This document shows positions 39,666-51,690 of a DNA stretch of 64,000 bases, piece after piece. Source of the DNA: Lama guanicoe (Eukaryota); the NCBI GenBank assembly GCA_013239625.1, contig MU054391.1:5539824-5603823 (forward strand), written 5' to 3'. The notes below the pieces were generated by a model that was given only the letters and a program-made list of their open reading frames with translations, was not told where the DNA came from and ran no database searches. The position numbers and the translations under genes are program-made. Within the stretch, counting starts at the first letter, position 1; each line of letters starts with the position of its first letter.

Positions 39666-40445
39666 TGTAAGTGAGAAATTTCATCATGACCGTGAAACCA
39701 AGTCCCCCTCAAACTGAGCTCCTCTTCCGAGTTTATGATTAACCTCTCTATCCAAAACTTTATTCTTTCTTGTCCAGCCCCTGTTGCCCTCAGGATTGAA
39801 GAGTATCAGAGAAAGGGAGGGGATGAAACCAAGCAGGACCCTGCGGAGAGGGGGGTCACAAGCCTTTCTGGGCCCCTGGTTTGTTTGTAGAAAAAGGCTT
39901 TAGTCTCCTAGGCTGACACTGAGTTCCAAAGAGCAGATTCAGGCAATTACTAACCAGACAAGTGAGGGAATGCAGAAACAAAGGAAAAGAAGTCAAGAAA
40001 CAAATAGTTCAGGGATAAAACAGAGTCCCAGTTCGTCCTCAATGGATATACAGAACACTCTGACACAAATCTTTGAGTTGTCCTGCAAGAACTAAGACCC
40101 CCCCTCCCCAGTGGAGGGCGGTGACTACATGCTGACCACAAACACAGAGACCTCAGGCTGGGTGGAACCAGAGGTTGATGGTTAAGACTCATGAAACACT
40201 ACCCTGTTACCTCACCACCAACCAATCAGAAGAAAGCCATGCCCCCTGCACCTTCACCCCAAAAGTTGTCTTTAAAAACCTGACACCCTAGCCAGCCAGG
40301 AAGATGGATCTGAGACTAGCCTATGTCTCCCATCTTCTCCATTGGCATCCTCCTAATCAGTAAACCTTTCTCTGCTCCAAACTCTAACATTTCAGTTCGT
40401 TTGGCCTCACCGTGCGTCGGGCACATGAACTTGGGTTTGACGACT
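39666..40445 (+). mobile_element. ERV solo LTR (ERV1-like); left boundary uncertain
   Basis: CCAATCAG (40222), TTTAAAAA (40271), AGTAAA (40359) in U3-R-U5 order; no internal retroviral ORFs. Confidence 0.55.
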
Positions 40446-40630
40446 GCAGTGTGTAGAATGGAGAGAGGGGACAAGACTGGAGTCTGGAAAATCAGCTAGG
40501 AAGCCACTGAGCCATCCAGGGGGAGACCACTAAAAGACTCCCAGGTTTTTGGCTTGGATACCTGGGCAGACAGTGGCACCACATTCACTGATAAGAAAAG
40601 AGAACTAGGGGCAGGTTAGGGGGAGGGATT

Positions 40631-41058
40631 TGTTAAAGAGAAAAACCACAGGCCTGCTTTCGCCCATGAAACCAAAACCTAGGTTTAATACTTAATTGCA
40701 GTTTCAACCTTCAACAGAAAAGTCATCTTCATCAACCAGTTTGAAACTGTCTGGTCAGCACCAATGAGGTCATCTGTCACATGGCCCCCTCCATCCCCCA
40801 GAGGAACAAGAGGTTATCTATGGGGTAAAAAACACTTGCCAGTTCCTTTCCCTGCCAAAAGATGTCCAGGCCTAAAAACAATCCTTTCTTTTCTTTTGCT
40901 AATAGCACCCTTGCCCCACCCTTCTTCCTATAAAAAATCCTTCCATTTGGTACAACCACTCAAAGGGCCCTTCCAGTTGCTAGACAGCATGCTGCCCAAT
41001 TCATAAATCACCTAATAAAACCAATTAGATCTTCAAATTTACTCGGCTGAATTTTGTT
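40631..41058 (+). mobile_element. Second ERV solo LTR
   Basis: Starts TGTTAAAG; CCAAT (40761), TATAAAA (40929), AATAAA (41014). Confidence 0.6.
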
Positions 41059-41156
41059 AAGAGGTTGGTATAAGGCGGCAAGTAAATGCTGAAAGATTAA
41101 GTTCTGTACTGTATCTTGTTCCTTATATACAGTTTACAATTATTCATCTACATAGA

Positions 41157-41248
41157 GGGGGTGCGGGCATAGCTTAGTTGGTAGAGCACAAGCTGAGCAT
41201 GAGTGAGGTACTTAGTTCAATTCCCAGTACCTCCATATAAAAAAAAAA
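41157..41248 (+). mobile_element. tRNA-derived SINE (Vic-1-like, short)
   Basis: Degenerate A/B boxes, poly-A, TSD TCAT(C/T)TACATAGA. Confidence 0.82.
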
Positions 41249-44200
41249 TCATTTACATAGAACTTTTTTGCATTGTCACGTTTGCAGTTACGTCACTGAT
41301 AAATCATATAGTGATTTTATGTGGGGAAAGAGTAAATCTGTTATTCTATGATTTTTTTCAAACTCAACATCAGTGGTAAAAAAATGGAAGATACTTTGTT
41401 CCTTTTTTATGTTCTCAAATAGAGAAAGCTTGAACTTCAGGCCTTTCTGGATACAGACATGGAGTGGCCTATAGAATATGTGATAAACCTTCCACTCCAC
41501 CCTTCTCTCATACCTGATTTTAGTCTCTAGAATAAGGTTTCAAGGCCACTGACTTCAGTACAATGACATAAAGTATACCCTTATTCATCAAGACCAGAGT
41601 CAACTTTTTAAGATACACTGATTTTGAAATAATGAAGCATTATATGAGAAGAGACTGGGAACATTTGTGAACTTTTCACTCAGTTTCTCTTTTCTTTCCG
41701 CAATAAATTGCATCTTCCTGGAATACAACTTGCAAGTGTCACGCAGAACCCTGTAGCACTCTGCTAGCTCTCCAGGGCTCCACTGCACAAAGCACACAGA
41801 GTTCCCCCAGAATGCCACTGTCAGTGTCACGCTCCTCCTGTCAGAACTGGAAAGGATTAAGCCAGGGCTGCTGTCAAGTGTTGATCCTACTTGTCCACAA
41901 GACACATGAGACCTGACTGCTCTTCAGCACTCCCCAAAACATGCAGGACAAGAGAGGCCTGGCCCTAGATGTGGGTGAGTCCCTCCCTGGGACTAAGGGA
42001 GGAGAAAAGGAGAGCAGCTCTGTCTGCTACGCAGTGGACCTCCGAGCCTGGGAGCTAAAAATTAACTTTATAGGCTTATACTAGTTAGGAAGGATGGAGG
42101 ATGAGCTGCCTCAAATAATTCCTTATCATGAGCTCTTCACCTGGGCTGGTACTAAACCTGGACCAAGACACTCCAGCAAGACCCAGTCACATGGAAACTC
42201 TGAGCCAAAATGAAAGTAAATGAAGTCAGCAGAGCCCATGGGAACCTCTGAAGAATCCTGGATTAGTCCACAAGTCTGTAGCTGAAACCAGCGCAAACTC
42301 AGATGAAGCAATGAGATTACTTTACAGTTTCCTGCTGCCTGTTCCTAGATCAAGCCCTGTCTTCTATACTCATTCTTCTAATCAAACAGATAATTTTGGA
42401 CATGTTATATATGTTAAGTGCCCATGAGAACAGAGGTGGAAACATCAAGTGGGCAGCTGGGTACATGAGAGTGAAGCTTTGGAGAACAAGTCTAGGTCAG
42501 AGATCCATCATATCAGAACAGTCAAACCAGGGCAGCAGATAAGACTTGGCAAAACCTACAACTCTTACTAAAAGGAAGAAAAAAACAAAACAGGAGGGGT
42601 GTGGGGAGGAAGACACCCATCTCCTTGGTTCATTCCAGGACTAAGTCAAGGGATATAAGAAAAAGCACTTCATTTCACTTCCCTACCTCAGTGAAGCCTA
42701 TTCCTGCCCCTCCTTCCTTACCAATCTTCTGAAAACAGTCACCATCTCTTACAAACATAAAATGGTGAAGCACCCAAAATTCATCCACACTTGGCCTTGA
42801 AGGACACCTACCTACACTTGATGCTCTGGAAAACCCCATGAAGGCCAAAAGGAATTCTCCAGTTTCCCCACCACATTTCTCTGCTTAACTCTTCTCTTCA
42901 TTCTATTTTAGCAATACAATTTCTCTCTCTAACTAGTACAAAGCAGAACTGGATTAAATTTCTCTTGGAGCAGTTAGGGTGCGTAAGTATTTCAGTTTCA
43001 AAGGAATGTAGCCTGTAAGCAAAATTAACATCAAAAGAGGAAGTGATATGTCAAAATACTGAGCAAAATGATACCGTCAATAATGAGAAATGAAGACTGC
43101 AGTGTGGAGAATTCCCATGCCAGGAACCTCAAGGTGAGTTTCAAAATATGTTTCAGATACAAACTTTCATCCGTCATTTGTGACCTATATTTTTCCCTTA
43201 CACCCACTACATCCTTTTATTAAAAGTAACACAAAGCGAAAACTCTTTTGAAATCAAAGTGAGACTTACATACCCCAGTTGCAACTTCAACAAGATATCA
43301 TTATGACTAAGCTCACATGACTCATAACTTTCCTAAATTATGCAATTCATAACAGTTCAACTGAAATAATTTTGAGTGACATGAGGAATACTCCAAAAGC
43401 CAGGATTCTATTAAATACTTTTGTTCTTCAGAAAAATGTTGTCAAATCTCTAATCAGTATTTAGCACTGTGGTTATGGTAACATTATAGGATGAGTAGGC
43501 TAATAAACAGTTACGATGCTCTTTATGGAATTATTCCTTGGACTTGACAGATTCAATCTAAATAATGGTAGGGTTAACAAATTACATCCAAAGTCATCAA
43601 ACATACACAAAATCCTTCTTCAAAAGAAAAAATACCCACAAGGCATATATTTATCACTAATTGTGTGAACCTGACAATTCACTACACCTTTCTGAGACTC
43701 ATTTTTCCTGGAGCTTTGTTTTAAAAACTGGACGCGACATCTAAGGTTCAGTTCAAGTCTGAGTCTCTAAATGTCCTGATTAGAAGTGTCCTTATTGTCC
43801 CTCTTCAGCTACTTAACCTTAAAGTCTGGGCTCAAGTATCAGCTCCTTTAGGGAGTCTTTCCTGGCTACGTTCAGCGCCCCTTCATAACAGAACACATTA
43901 TGGTGGGTACTACTATCACTCTCCTTCGTCTGACCTTTGTATTTCCAGTGCCACACAGAATACCTGCATACAGTATGTGTTCTTCAAACATCTGCTGAAT
44001 AAATATGGTAGGTCTATGCGTTTTTCTGGCACCAGTGGTCTGCACTTTGCAAGTGAAAATACAAGATCAAAAAAGAAACCCTTCTGATCTCTGAATGTTG
44101 CTGAGAATTGATCTAGAAAGTAAGGTTTTCTTCTATACTATGTGCATCCTAGGAGGATTTGTATTACTTATTTTTCCACTTGTGAATAAGAGAATGATAA

Positions 44201-45329
44201 TAAAAGTGAAACAACTGTGTTAGTGTGGTAAAAATACAACTTTAATATCTCAAAATACATATTTGTTATTTTTATTAATATTTATTCTTATGAAGTGGAT
44301 CCTTACCCTACCCCTCCATCCTGACTACCCCACCTCAACATTTTCCTTCAATTTGTATCAACTTAAATCACATCTCAACACTTCTCACCAGGTTCTCCCT
44401 GGCCTTTCATTAAACTAATCAGCTGTAATCCATTTCAGTTTGAGATAACCACAAAGTAGTTCTTCAGCTGAGAATCCAACACCTTTAATACCCTCAGTCT
44501 ACAATTTCTATCCATTACATAAGAAAAAACAATTGTCAGGTAAACTATCACTGAAGCTACAGCTTGTCACGCTGGGGAATACACCGTTTCATACTTTCTT
44601 ATTAATTAACCGAACTCTCTTAACAGATACAGGACCCTAACAGTTATACAAACTAACTTTCACCAAATTTCATCTCTCTTGTTCGTCTATCCCTAAAATC
44701 CAGTCTCTTCAGAAAATCTAAATAACCCTCTACTTTCTAGGCTCAAAACTGATCAAATTGGTCATCTCTGATAATTTTTGTCCAAAATGGCAAGGCAGGC
44801 ATTCACAGTAGTAGCATTAAGAGTTAGCCTGGCAAGTTTAAGCGCCTCCTCCCCAACCAGGACCTCCCATAAGCTACAATTTCAATAACTAAATAAACGC
44901 TTAGGATATTCGCAAAATGCAACTCCAAGATGAGTCCTCCAGTCACCGCCTTCCAACCAGACTGCTGCCTAAGTACCTCCTACAGTAGAAAATCTAGTTT
45001 GCATCTTACAGAGCCAGGAAGAGCTGTAGAGCTATGAGCCTTCCTACCCTCCTCCAGAATCCGTCTTTGGTAGGAACACACTATAGATTTGTTCCTTAGT
45101 CGGGCAGGGACTTGGACCGCATCTCCCTCTCCAAACACGAGCCACCACCACTCCCTGCCTTACCTCTTTCCGGAACACACTCCCAACACAAACTCTGGGG
45201 GCAGACCCCCTCTCAGGCCCTCAGTCACTATCGGAGGCCTCCTCCAGAATCCCTTTCCATTGAGACAAACAAACCTATCTCCATTCTTTCCCTAAACTTT
45301 GTGAGCCACACCCCCTTCCCACACTGAAA

Positions 45330-46360
45330 ACTTAGGGACGCGCCACCGTTGTCCAATACCCCGCCCCCAAACACCTGATAGATTCTGCTCCCCTGGTCTT
45401 TCCCGAAAGCAGCAAGCTCCAGGCACCCGGTGCCGGCCTAAGCCAACCCCCGAGGGTCTTTACCGAGTCGCTGGGGGGAGCCGAAGCCCGGCTTGTCCGG
45501 CGGTCGCGGCGCCAGTATGAAAGGAACAAAGCTGGCCAGGAAGAGGACACACTGCCTCATGTTCCCGGCCCGGCCACCGGCTCCACCTCTCCGGGCAGCT
45601 TTCGCCTGACGGGCGCTCGGGACACTGCTCACATTAGAAGAGGCGCGGATCCTCCCAGCCCGGCCCGGCCCTGCCCCTCAAGCCTCTGATTCCTCCCGCG
45701 CCGCCTACCGGAAGACTCTAGAGTCCGGCTCGAGGCCCCCGGAAGTGCACGCCGCTCCCGGAGAGGCTGGCTCACCCGGCTTCCGGCCGACGCCGACCCC
45801 CGCACCACCCACAGCCGGAAGCCGGGTGCCGCGTGGCATGCCGGGAGACCCTCGCTCGCCCCGCCCTGTGCCGGCGCGCCGCCATCTTGCCGCTTCCCCG
45901 CCCGCCCCTTTGCAGCTCGCCAGGGTTCGGCTGGCGCCTGCCGGGACGCAGCCCGCGACGTCCTAACTCGACCCAGTCGGACCTCGCCTCTGTCCCCGGA
46001 TGACCGCCGCGAGGGAGGCGGGAGCTGGCGAGTAGGCCCTCAGGGGCGTGTCCGGCCGCCTCCCTGGTCTCGGTCCCACCTACATCTGGTTAGGATCCCT
46101 GTTACCCTTCCTACTGAAACAGCTGTAGAAACCGCCCTGGGGCCTCTGGCGAACGAGGGGGAGGGCCAGGTTGGGTGTGCTCGGGGTAATGACCCAACAA
46201 CCAAGTGCCTGGGGCGAGGGATAGGCTCCCGGGAGCAGGAGGCCCAGCGCTTGACCAACTTCTGCGAGACCAGCCTCCCACACGCAGATGGGTTGCAGCT
46301 TGGTTTTCGGGGCCCCGCGTCGAAACTCCCGGGCGTCCGAGGCCTCCGTCCGTTGTGACG
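45330..46360. promoter_or_regulatory. ADAM17: ADAM17 CpG-island promoter with ETS/GABPA, YY1 and Sp1 motifs
   Basis: Dense CpG; CCGGAAG at 45708, 45739, 45815 and reversed at 45780; CAAGATGGCGGC on - strand at 45878-45889; GC boxes near 45859 and 45897; no obvious TATA. Confidence 0.85.
45464..45560 (-). CDS. ADAM17: ADAM17 exon 1 coding part (signal peptide)
   Basis: GGGAACATG start; MRQCVLFLASFVPFILAPRPPDKPGFGSPQRL then GTAAAG donor; the 19 exons join in frame to 2523 bp (840 aa as assembled, 830 without the exon-12 duplication). Confidence 0.96.
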
Positions 46361-47704
46361 AAAATGGCTTTGTGGAGGGAAATCAGCAGGCTCTCCCTTA
46401 GTGCACATATTCTTGTTGGCCTCGCTGTAGGTAGAGAGTCTGTGAGTATTTCCAGAAACTGAATCCTAGACCTGACTCTTCATCTGCTAGTACAGTTGCT
46501 ATAATCGTCCAGCCGAGTTCTTGAAATTCACCTCTGTGTTTGGTCACTTTAGCTTAAATGGGAAATTTGCCGCGGCAGTTGTGTTTTGTTTTGCAATCCT
46601 TTGCATAATTTTAGCTCTAGTGAATGTTTATGGTACTGAATAAACCATTCTAATAACCTTAGATGTGAATTGCTATTTTGGTTCAACTACAGTTTATACA
46701 AGTAGGACATAACGCATTTTCCACTTAAGAATGAGTGGGACAGACTTTTCCGCATTATGACATGGTAAATTGTTAGCAGCAGAACATTAGTCCTGCCTGG
46801 TCAAGTTTTAAGGCTACTCCTAATAAAATACTCGAACTATGGTTTAAATTTAGGTTCACTGTGGTAAGCCTCAGTAAAATCTTAGGATCTTTTCCTACAG
46901 TTATTCTCCATAATTACTGGCATTTTTGGCTTAACTGAATCCAGTCTGTTCATCTGAGGTAGAAAATGCCTTCATTAAACATACATTGATGACACACCTG
47001 GTCAGAAAGCAAGGAGAGGTTCACCTTTGCAAATTGTGCATAATTCTTTTAAAAATGTATCCCATAAAAAAGTGACAGTTGTGTACAATTTTTTTATATG
47101 TGCAGTAAGAATATCATCTTATTTTCTGAGCATCCAGGCACCATTCTCTCTAGTTGGTAACTTTAGTAGGTTCTAGATTATATTCTTTCTGTGTCCCCCC
47201 ACAGTACTACGTGCCTTGCTCATAGAAGGCATTAATAAATGCCATTTTTAAAAAGTAAAGTTCCTGATTCATTTTCTTACTCATATCTGGAAGTCCTAGA
47301 TTTTCAGAGACAGTCGAGATTTCAAGTAATCTTTCTTGTTCACAAATCAGGACCCAAATTATGATTTCCAGTTTGAAGTTTCTCTTTGATTTATTGGTTG
47401 TCTATACCTTTAAGATATGAGAACCACGTGGGGGAGATAAAGAGCCAGAGGAACATAATGAGACAGACACACTGGATAGAACTAGTCTGAGCCAACTGTC
47501 TTCAAACTTTTATACTCTTATCTCCAAAAGAATTTTTTTTAAATATGTACCCCTGGATACATTTAATATTTTGTCATCAAAAATGTAAATAGTTGCAAAG
47601 GATGAAATTTCCAGTATAATGTAAATACTGACATTTAAAATTAAAACCATTAGGTTTAAGTTTACCCAGTGGAATATAAATACCCGACAGATTTGATCAC
47701 CGCC

Positions 47705-48255
47705 GTGGCAGCCAGCCTCCCGGATGGTCCCCAATGACCTTTGCTTCCTGATATTCACACTCTTGTAGAGTCGGTCCCCTTCTACCCCAGACCAAGTTTG
47801 GTCTGTGTGGCCAATAGCACACAGCATAAGTGATGGTATTTTACTTCCAACTTTAGGTCGTAAGAGACTGCCTTCCATCTCAGGTGCTTTCTTGCTTGCT
47901 CTCCCTTGGATTGCTCACTGGCAAAGAAGCCAACTTTCATGTCAGGAAGCCTATGGAGAAGTTCATAGGAATAGAGGTCACCAGCCTACAGCCAGCAAGT
48001 AACTGAGACTTGCCAAAGACTATATGCGTCAGCTTGGACATGAATCCTCCAGCCCTCAGTGGCCTTTAAGTTAACTCCACTTCCCTAACCCAGCAGCTTG
48101 CCTGCAGCCTCTTGGGAGACCCTGAGCCAAAACCACCCACTCGAGCCAAAACCACCCACTCAAGCCATTCCCTAATTTTTGACCCCCAGACACTGGGAAA
48201 GAATAAATATTCGTTCAGTCTCCTAAATTAGGGGTAATTTTTTACATAGCAACTA
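47705..48255 (+). mobile_element. MLT1 (ERVL-MaLR) LTR
   Basis: GTGGCAGCCAGCCTCCCGGATGGTCCCCAATGA start; GGGGTAATTTTTTACATAGCAA end. Confidence 0.75.
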
Positions 48256-48356
48256 TTGCCCATTTGAAAAATACATGGACAAGTTGAGTGGATCCCAGGT
48301 TCCTCTCTGTAACACTTGAAGTGGTTTGTTTAATTTAGGATTTATAAAGATAAGTA

Positions 48357-48480
48357 GTGGGAGGGTATAGCTTAAGTGGTGGAGCGAATGCTTAGCATGC
48401 ATGAGGTCCTGGTTTCAATCCCCAGTACCTGCTCTAAAAATAAATAGACTTCATTACCCCCCCAAATTTTTTTAAAAAGT
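48357..48480 (+). mobile_element. tRNA-derived SINE (Vic-1-like)
   Basis: GGGAGGGTATAGCTTAAGTGG...TTCAATCCCCAGTACC plus A-rich tail. Confidence 0.83.
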
Positions 48481-49717
48481 AAAAGATCACTTGAGATTCA
48501 CTGATCCCAGGCTATAGAGTTAATTATTTACAGCTTACTTACTGCAAGTGAACTTAAGAGTAAAATATTTACAGCTATATTTCTGGAGTTAACTACCAGA
48601 TCTACACAAGCATTGGTAAGACCTTTCATCTAAATGATGAGAGAAGTGGCTGTTTGGTTCTGGCTGAGTCTGGAGGTTTTTTCCTTCTTCTGTCATCCTA
48701 GCTGTTTCTCTTAGTGGCTACTATTTATCCTACACCAGTACCACCAGTCCTTACAGATGTACAGAATCTTCATCACTCTACGTCTAAAATACAAATTATT
48801 CCTACATCTGGATGCTTTTTTGCTAGTGGATAAATCTGTGTGAAGTTAGCACTTCATAAATTATGAGTCAATCCATAACTCTCCATCAGACAACAGACCC
48901 TTCTTATAGAATATGACTACATACAAAGTCATGTGCCAAGAACTCTAGTTTCCAAGTTTTTAGTTCAGAAATTGTAATGTATTTCACATCCTTTTAGAAA
49001 GAAAGATGAAAAATATATCATGCATGGAGCAAAGCAGAATATTTGAGGATCCTCACTGATAAATATATGATTTCTTTGGGAATTTTTTTAATAGGCAAGA
49101 AAATAACCAGGTCTCTTTCCATTTTTCCAGTTTCAATTTCAAAAAGAGAAGGAAGCCAGCCATTTGACTGAAATTGTTATTTCAAGAAGATTCATTTCTA
49201 AAATTTTGGCAACAATTTCTCTCTCTGTTACACACACACACACTTTTATGTCTCTTTCTTACCAGGCCTCCTTGTCTTTACCACAGAACTTCCAGTGGCT
49301 AATCTGGATGTTGCGAGCAGAGGTTATCATAACTCCCATAGGTTGAATGCCATACAAAATACGTCACTTTTCCTTCTGAAATCCCTTGAGATCTCAGAGT
49401 AATTGAGCCACATGAATAACTGAACATAGAGAATAGATTGCATGGAAAGAAAAAATGGAAACTTGTGCTGGTTTGAAATTACCTCAGGTCTGAAGTGGCC
49501 AAAAGTCATTACTCTTGCGTTGACAGGCCCCAGAGAGGAGGCAGTCACCAGTTACCCTCCAGTTCTACAGTGGCCAGACGCCTTAATTGAAAACCTATTC
49601 TATCTAGTCCTCTTTAGAAAACAGAACTCACTTGTTGAATGTTTAAAACTTGTGAATTCTACTAGCATTTTAAGAATAATACCTCTAAAGTGAATGACCT
49701 GTACTCGCAAAGTGACC

Positions 49718-50300
49718 TGTACTCCTGTATTCACCGCAGCATTATTCACAATAGCCAAGATGTGGAAACGACCTAAGTGTCCATCGGCAGATAAACGGAT
49801 AAAGAATATATGGTATATACATACAATGGGACATTATTCAGCCTTAAAAAAAAAAAGAAATGCTGCCATTTGTGACAACATGGGTAAATCTGAAGGACAG
49901 CATGCTAAGTGAAATAAGGCAGAAAGATAAATGCAGTATGATCTCACTTACATGTTAAATCTTACAAACATTAAACTCGAAGAAGCAGAGAGTAGAACGG
50001 TGGTTGCCAGGGGGTGGGAGGAGTGGGAATGGGGAGATGTTGGTCAAAGTTACAAACTTTCAGTTATAAAATGAGTTAAGTTCTGAGGATCTAATATACA
50101 ATATAGTGACTGTAGTTAAGAACAGTTTTGAATACTTGAACTTTACTGAGAGAACAATCTTAAATGTTCTCACCACACACACAAAAATGGTACCTCTGGA
50201 TACATTAATTAGCTTGATAATCATCTCACAGTGTACAGGTGTATAAAATCATCACGTTGTATACCTTAAATATACACAATTTTTGTCAATTACATCTCAC
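49718..50300 (+). mobile_element. LINE-1 (L1MA-like) 3' end
   Basis: GCAGCATTATTCACAATAGCCAAGATGTGGAAACGACCTAAGTGTCCATC, TACAAACTTTCAGTTATAAAATG. Confidence 0.85.
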
Positions 50301-50954
50301 CAACATCATATCTTTGCCCCCCAGGGACTTAAATTCTAAAAGATGAACAGTACATACAAATACAGAAAACACATACAGTATGATATGGGCCTTAAAAAGT
50401 TGATGTTATGCATTTTTTCATATTAATTTTTAAAAATAAAATTTTAATTTTGGAATAATTTTACATGTACAGAAAAGTTGCAAAGATAGTACAGAGAGTT
50501 CCCATATACTCTTCACCCAGCTTCCCCTGATGTTAATATCTTACATCATCAGGGTATGTTTGTCAAAACTAAAACATTGACATCAGATTTCACAATTTTT
50601 AGAAGTATGTGCTTTTCTACTGTCTTTTTTTAATTGCGATAAAATCCACAGAACATAAAATGCATCCTTAGTGATATTCAGTACATTCAGTGTTGTACAG
50701 CCAGCACCACTATCTAGTTCCAGGACATTTTAATCACCCCAAAATGAAACCCCCTACCCACCAAGCAGTCACTCTCCATTACCTGCTTCTCCCAACCCTT
50801 GATAACCACCAAAAGAACTGCACAGTTTCTGTCCCAGGATTCACCCAGGATACCACGTTGCATTTAGCCACATTTACTTTTCACTTTTTAGGTCATATAA
50901 AGCTGTTTCTAAATAGTTTATTCTGTGGGGAAGCGCTATTTAATAGGCTTGATT

Positions 50955-51070
50955 GGGGAGGAGGGTATAGCTCAGTGGTAGAGCACGTGCTTAGTATGCA
51001 CAGCGTCCTGGGTTCAATCCCCAGCACCTCTGTTTAAAAAAAAATCTGATTATCCCCCTCAGCAACAAAC
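50955..51070 (+). mobile_element. tRNA-derived SINE (Vic-1-like)
   Basis: A/B boxes; TSD AATA(G/T)GCTTGAT. Confidence 0.86.
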
Positions 51071-51430
51071 AATATGCTTGATGGGCTCAAGGAGACTGGC
51101 CAGCTAGTCCCTCACTCTGTCTCCTCTGTGCTGGTTGAATAGCCTCTCATGTGACTTTCTTGCCTCTGCTTTTCCCTCCATCACCATCTCTATTTGTCTT
51201 AGATAACACTGGCTGAATGTCTCCTCCTCATGTCATGTTTCTTGCTTCTTTTATAATCTAATGTATTCTATTTTATCCTGCATTGTGGTCCACTGATGGC
51301 ATCTTGCTCTTCTCCACAAAGGCGTGAGTTCCTGAGGCAAGGACCATGCTACCTTCCACAGCAAGTAACACAGTCCTGTGCGTAAGGCAGTCTTACAAGA
51401 TGAATCAAACAAATTAGACAAGTTAATGCT

Positions 51431-51690
51431 TGTAATGGGTGGCACAAAAAACATACGTTCAAGTCCTAACCCCCCATATTTATGAATGTTTACCTTATTA
51501 GGAAATAAAGACTTTGCAGCTGTAATCAAGCTATGATGAAGTCCTACTAGGTGAGGGTGAGCCCTAAATCCAATGGCCAGTGTCCTTATGAGAAGTGACA
51601 CAGATACACACACACAGAGAATGCCATGTGATGATGTGGGCAGAAGCCGGAGTGATGCAGCCACAAGTCAAGAAAAGCCAAGGGTTGGGG
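51431..51690 (+). mobile_element. MLT1 LTR fragment
   Basis: GTCCTAACCCC...ACCTTATTAGGAAATAAAGACTTTGCAG...GCCCTAAATCCAATGGCCAGTGTCCTTAT. Confidence 0.7.
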
